Source: Octopus sinensis (Eukaryota). From it: a DNA stretch of 64,000 nt. Below are positions 63,148-64,000 of the stretch, one piece after another (position 1 is the stretch's first letter; the number at the start of each line of letters is the position of its first letter). The stretch is from the NCBI RefSeq assembly GCF_006345805.1, contig NC_043010.1:3472001-3536000 (forward strand), read 5' to 3'. The position numbers were made by a program, and so were the translations under genes. The notes below the pieces were generated by a model. The model had not been told where the DNA came from. It did not search any database and saw nothing but the letters and a program-made list of their open reading frames with translations.

Positions 63148-64000
63148 TATGTATATATACATGTGTGTATATATATATATATATATGTATATCTACTACA
63201 TACTACATATTTGGGAAATGCTGTCTGAGGGTGTGTTTGTGGAGATGTTAGCTAACTCTTCCTACATTGTTTTATTGATTTTGATGAAACTTGACACATG
63301 AGTAGAACTCATGTCTGGAAACCTCATGGCACACTCAGATTGTTGAAAATCTCGATAATATGACCCCTGGAAGGGATCCTTATATATTTCTAATATATCT
63401 CATTTTAACAGTCAAGGGAAATAATCCATTCATTTTCCTAAATCATTTGGTATAAATCAAATTGAGTATACTCATTTCTTATCCAGTACAACCCTTCAAC
63501 AAGTAAATGGTATTTTCCTAAACAATAGATCCACCTATTTCAGTTTGTGACTTATACACAAATATAGAAACACTAGCACCGCTAAGGGTAATATTCTTTG
63601 GGAAAGCAGAAAAGCCCTTTTCAGAGTTATTTACTTTGAACTGTTACTATCTCATATCTGATTAGCCTGTTATTACGTAACATGCTTCACAATTCCCGCT
63701 TAAATTCTATATACTCTAGGAACACATTACAAGCCTTTTAGGGGCTATTTTATTTGAATTCTTATTATCGGGTAACTAATTTCATGTTATTACATAACTT
63801 ACATCAATTATTGTGAATTCCTAAGAACAAGATCCTGTGTAAGACAGTTTGGTATTCACTGTAAATGCACAAAAAAAGTTTTAAGGGCTACATACTCTGT
63901 ATTGTTGTTATTGGATTAGTGAAGCAATTATGAGAAGGGAACCAAGGGATAATCCTGACTTTCTAGGGAATTATCGGGTATGTAGGCTAGTATATATATA

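Overview
AT-rich eukaryotic DNA packed with microsatellites and repeats. I can support no host protein-coding gene, rRNA, genuine tRNA or CRISPR array. The SINE and microsatellite landscape suggests a coleoid cephalopod such as Octopus; this is an inference and was not checked against a database. The window holds dozens of tRNA-headed SINE copies in several families, with modular head/tail combinations. It also holds decayed LINE fragments (R4/Dong-like RLE, RTE, CR1, Tx1/L1-like APE), a decayed hAT transposase, hAT/mariner/piggyBac-type MITEs and two fold-back hairpins. The standout is a young 2.3-kb Penelope-like palindrome (18895-21226). Its ~886-bp near-identical inverted arms each carry a complete type I hammerhead ribozyme fold, and it encloses an uninterrupted GIY-YIG endonuclease frame with no reverse transcriptase and an unrecognised low-complexity N-terminus. 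Two further, unrelated hammerhead-type folds lie in short elements next to (TA)n tracts: one with a G3-C8 swapped core (40658-40708), and one inside a 298-bp partial tandem unit (51364-51414). A SINE flanked by a ~143-bp direct duplication is at 4678-5360. All alignments and folds were done by eye, so boundaries of degenerate copies are approximate.
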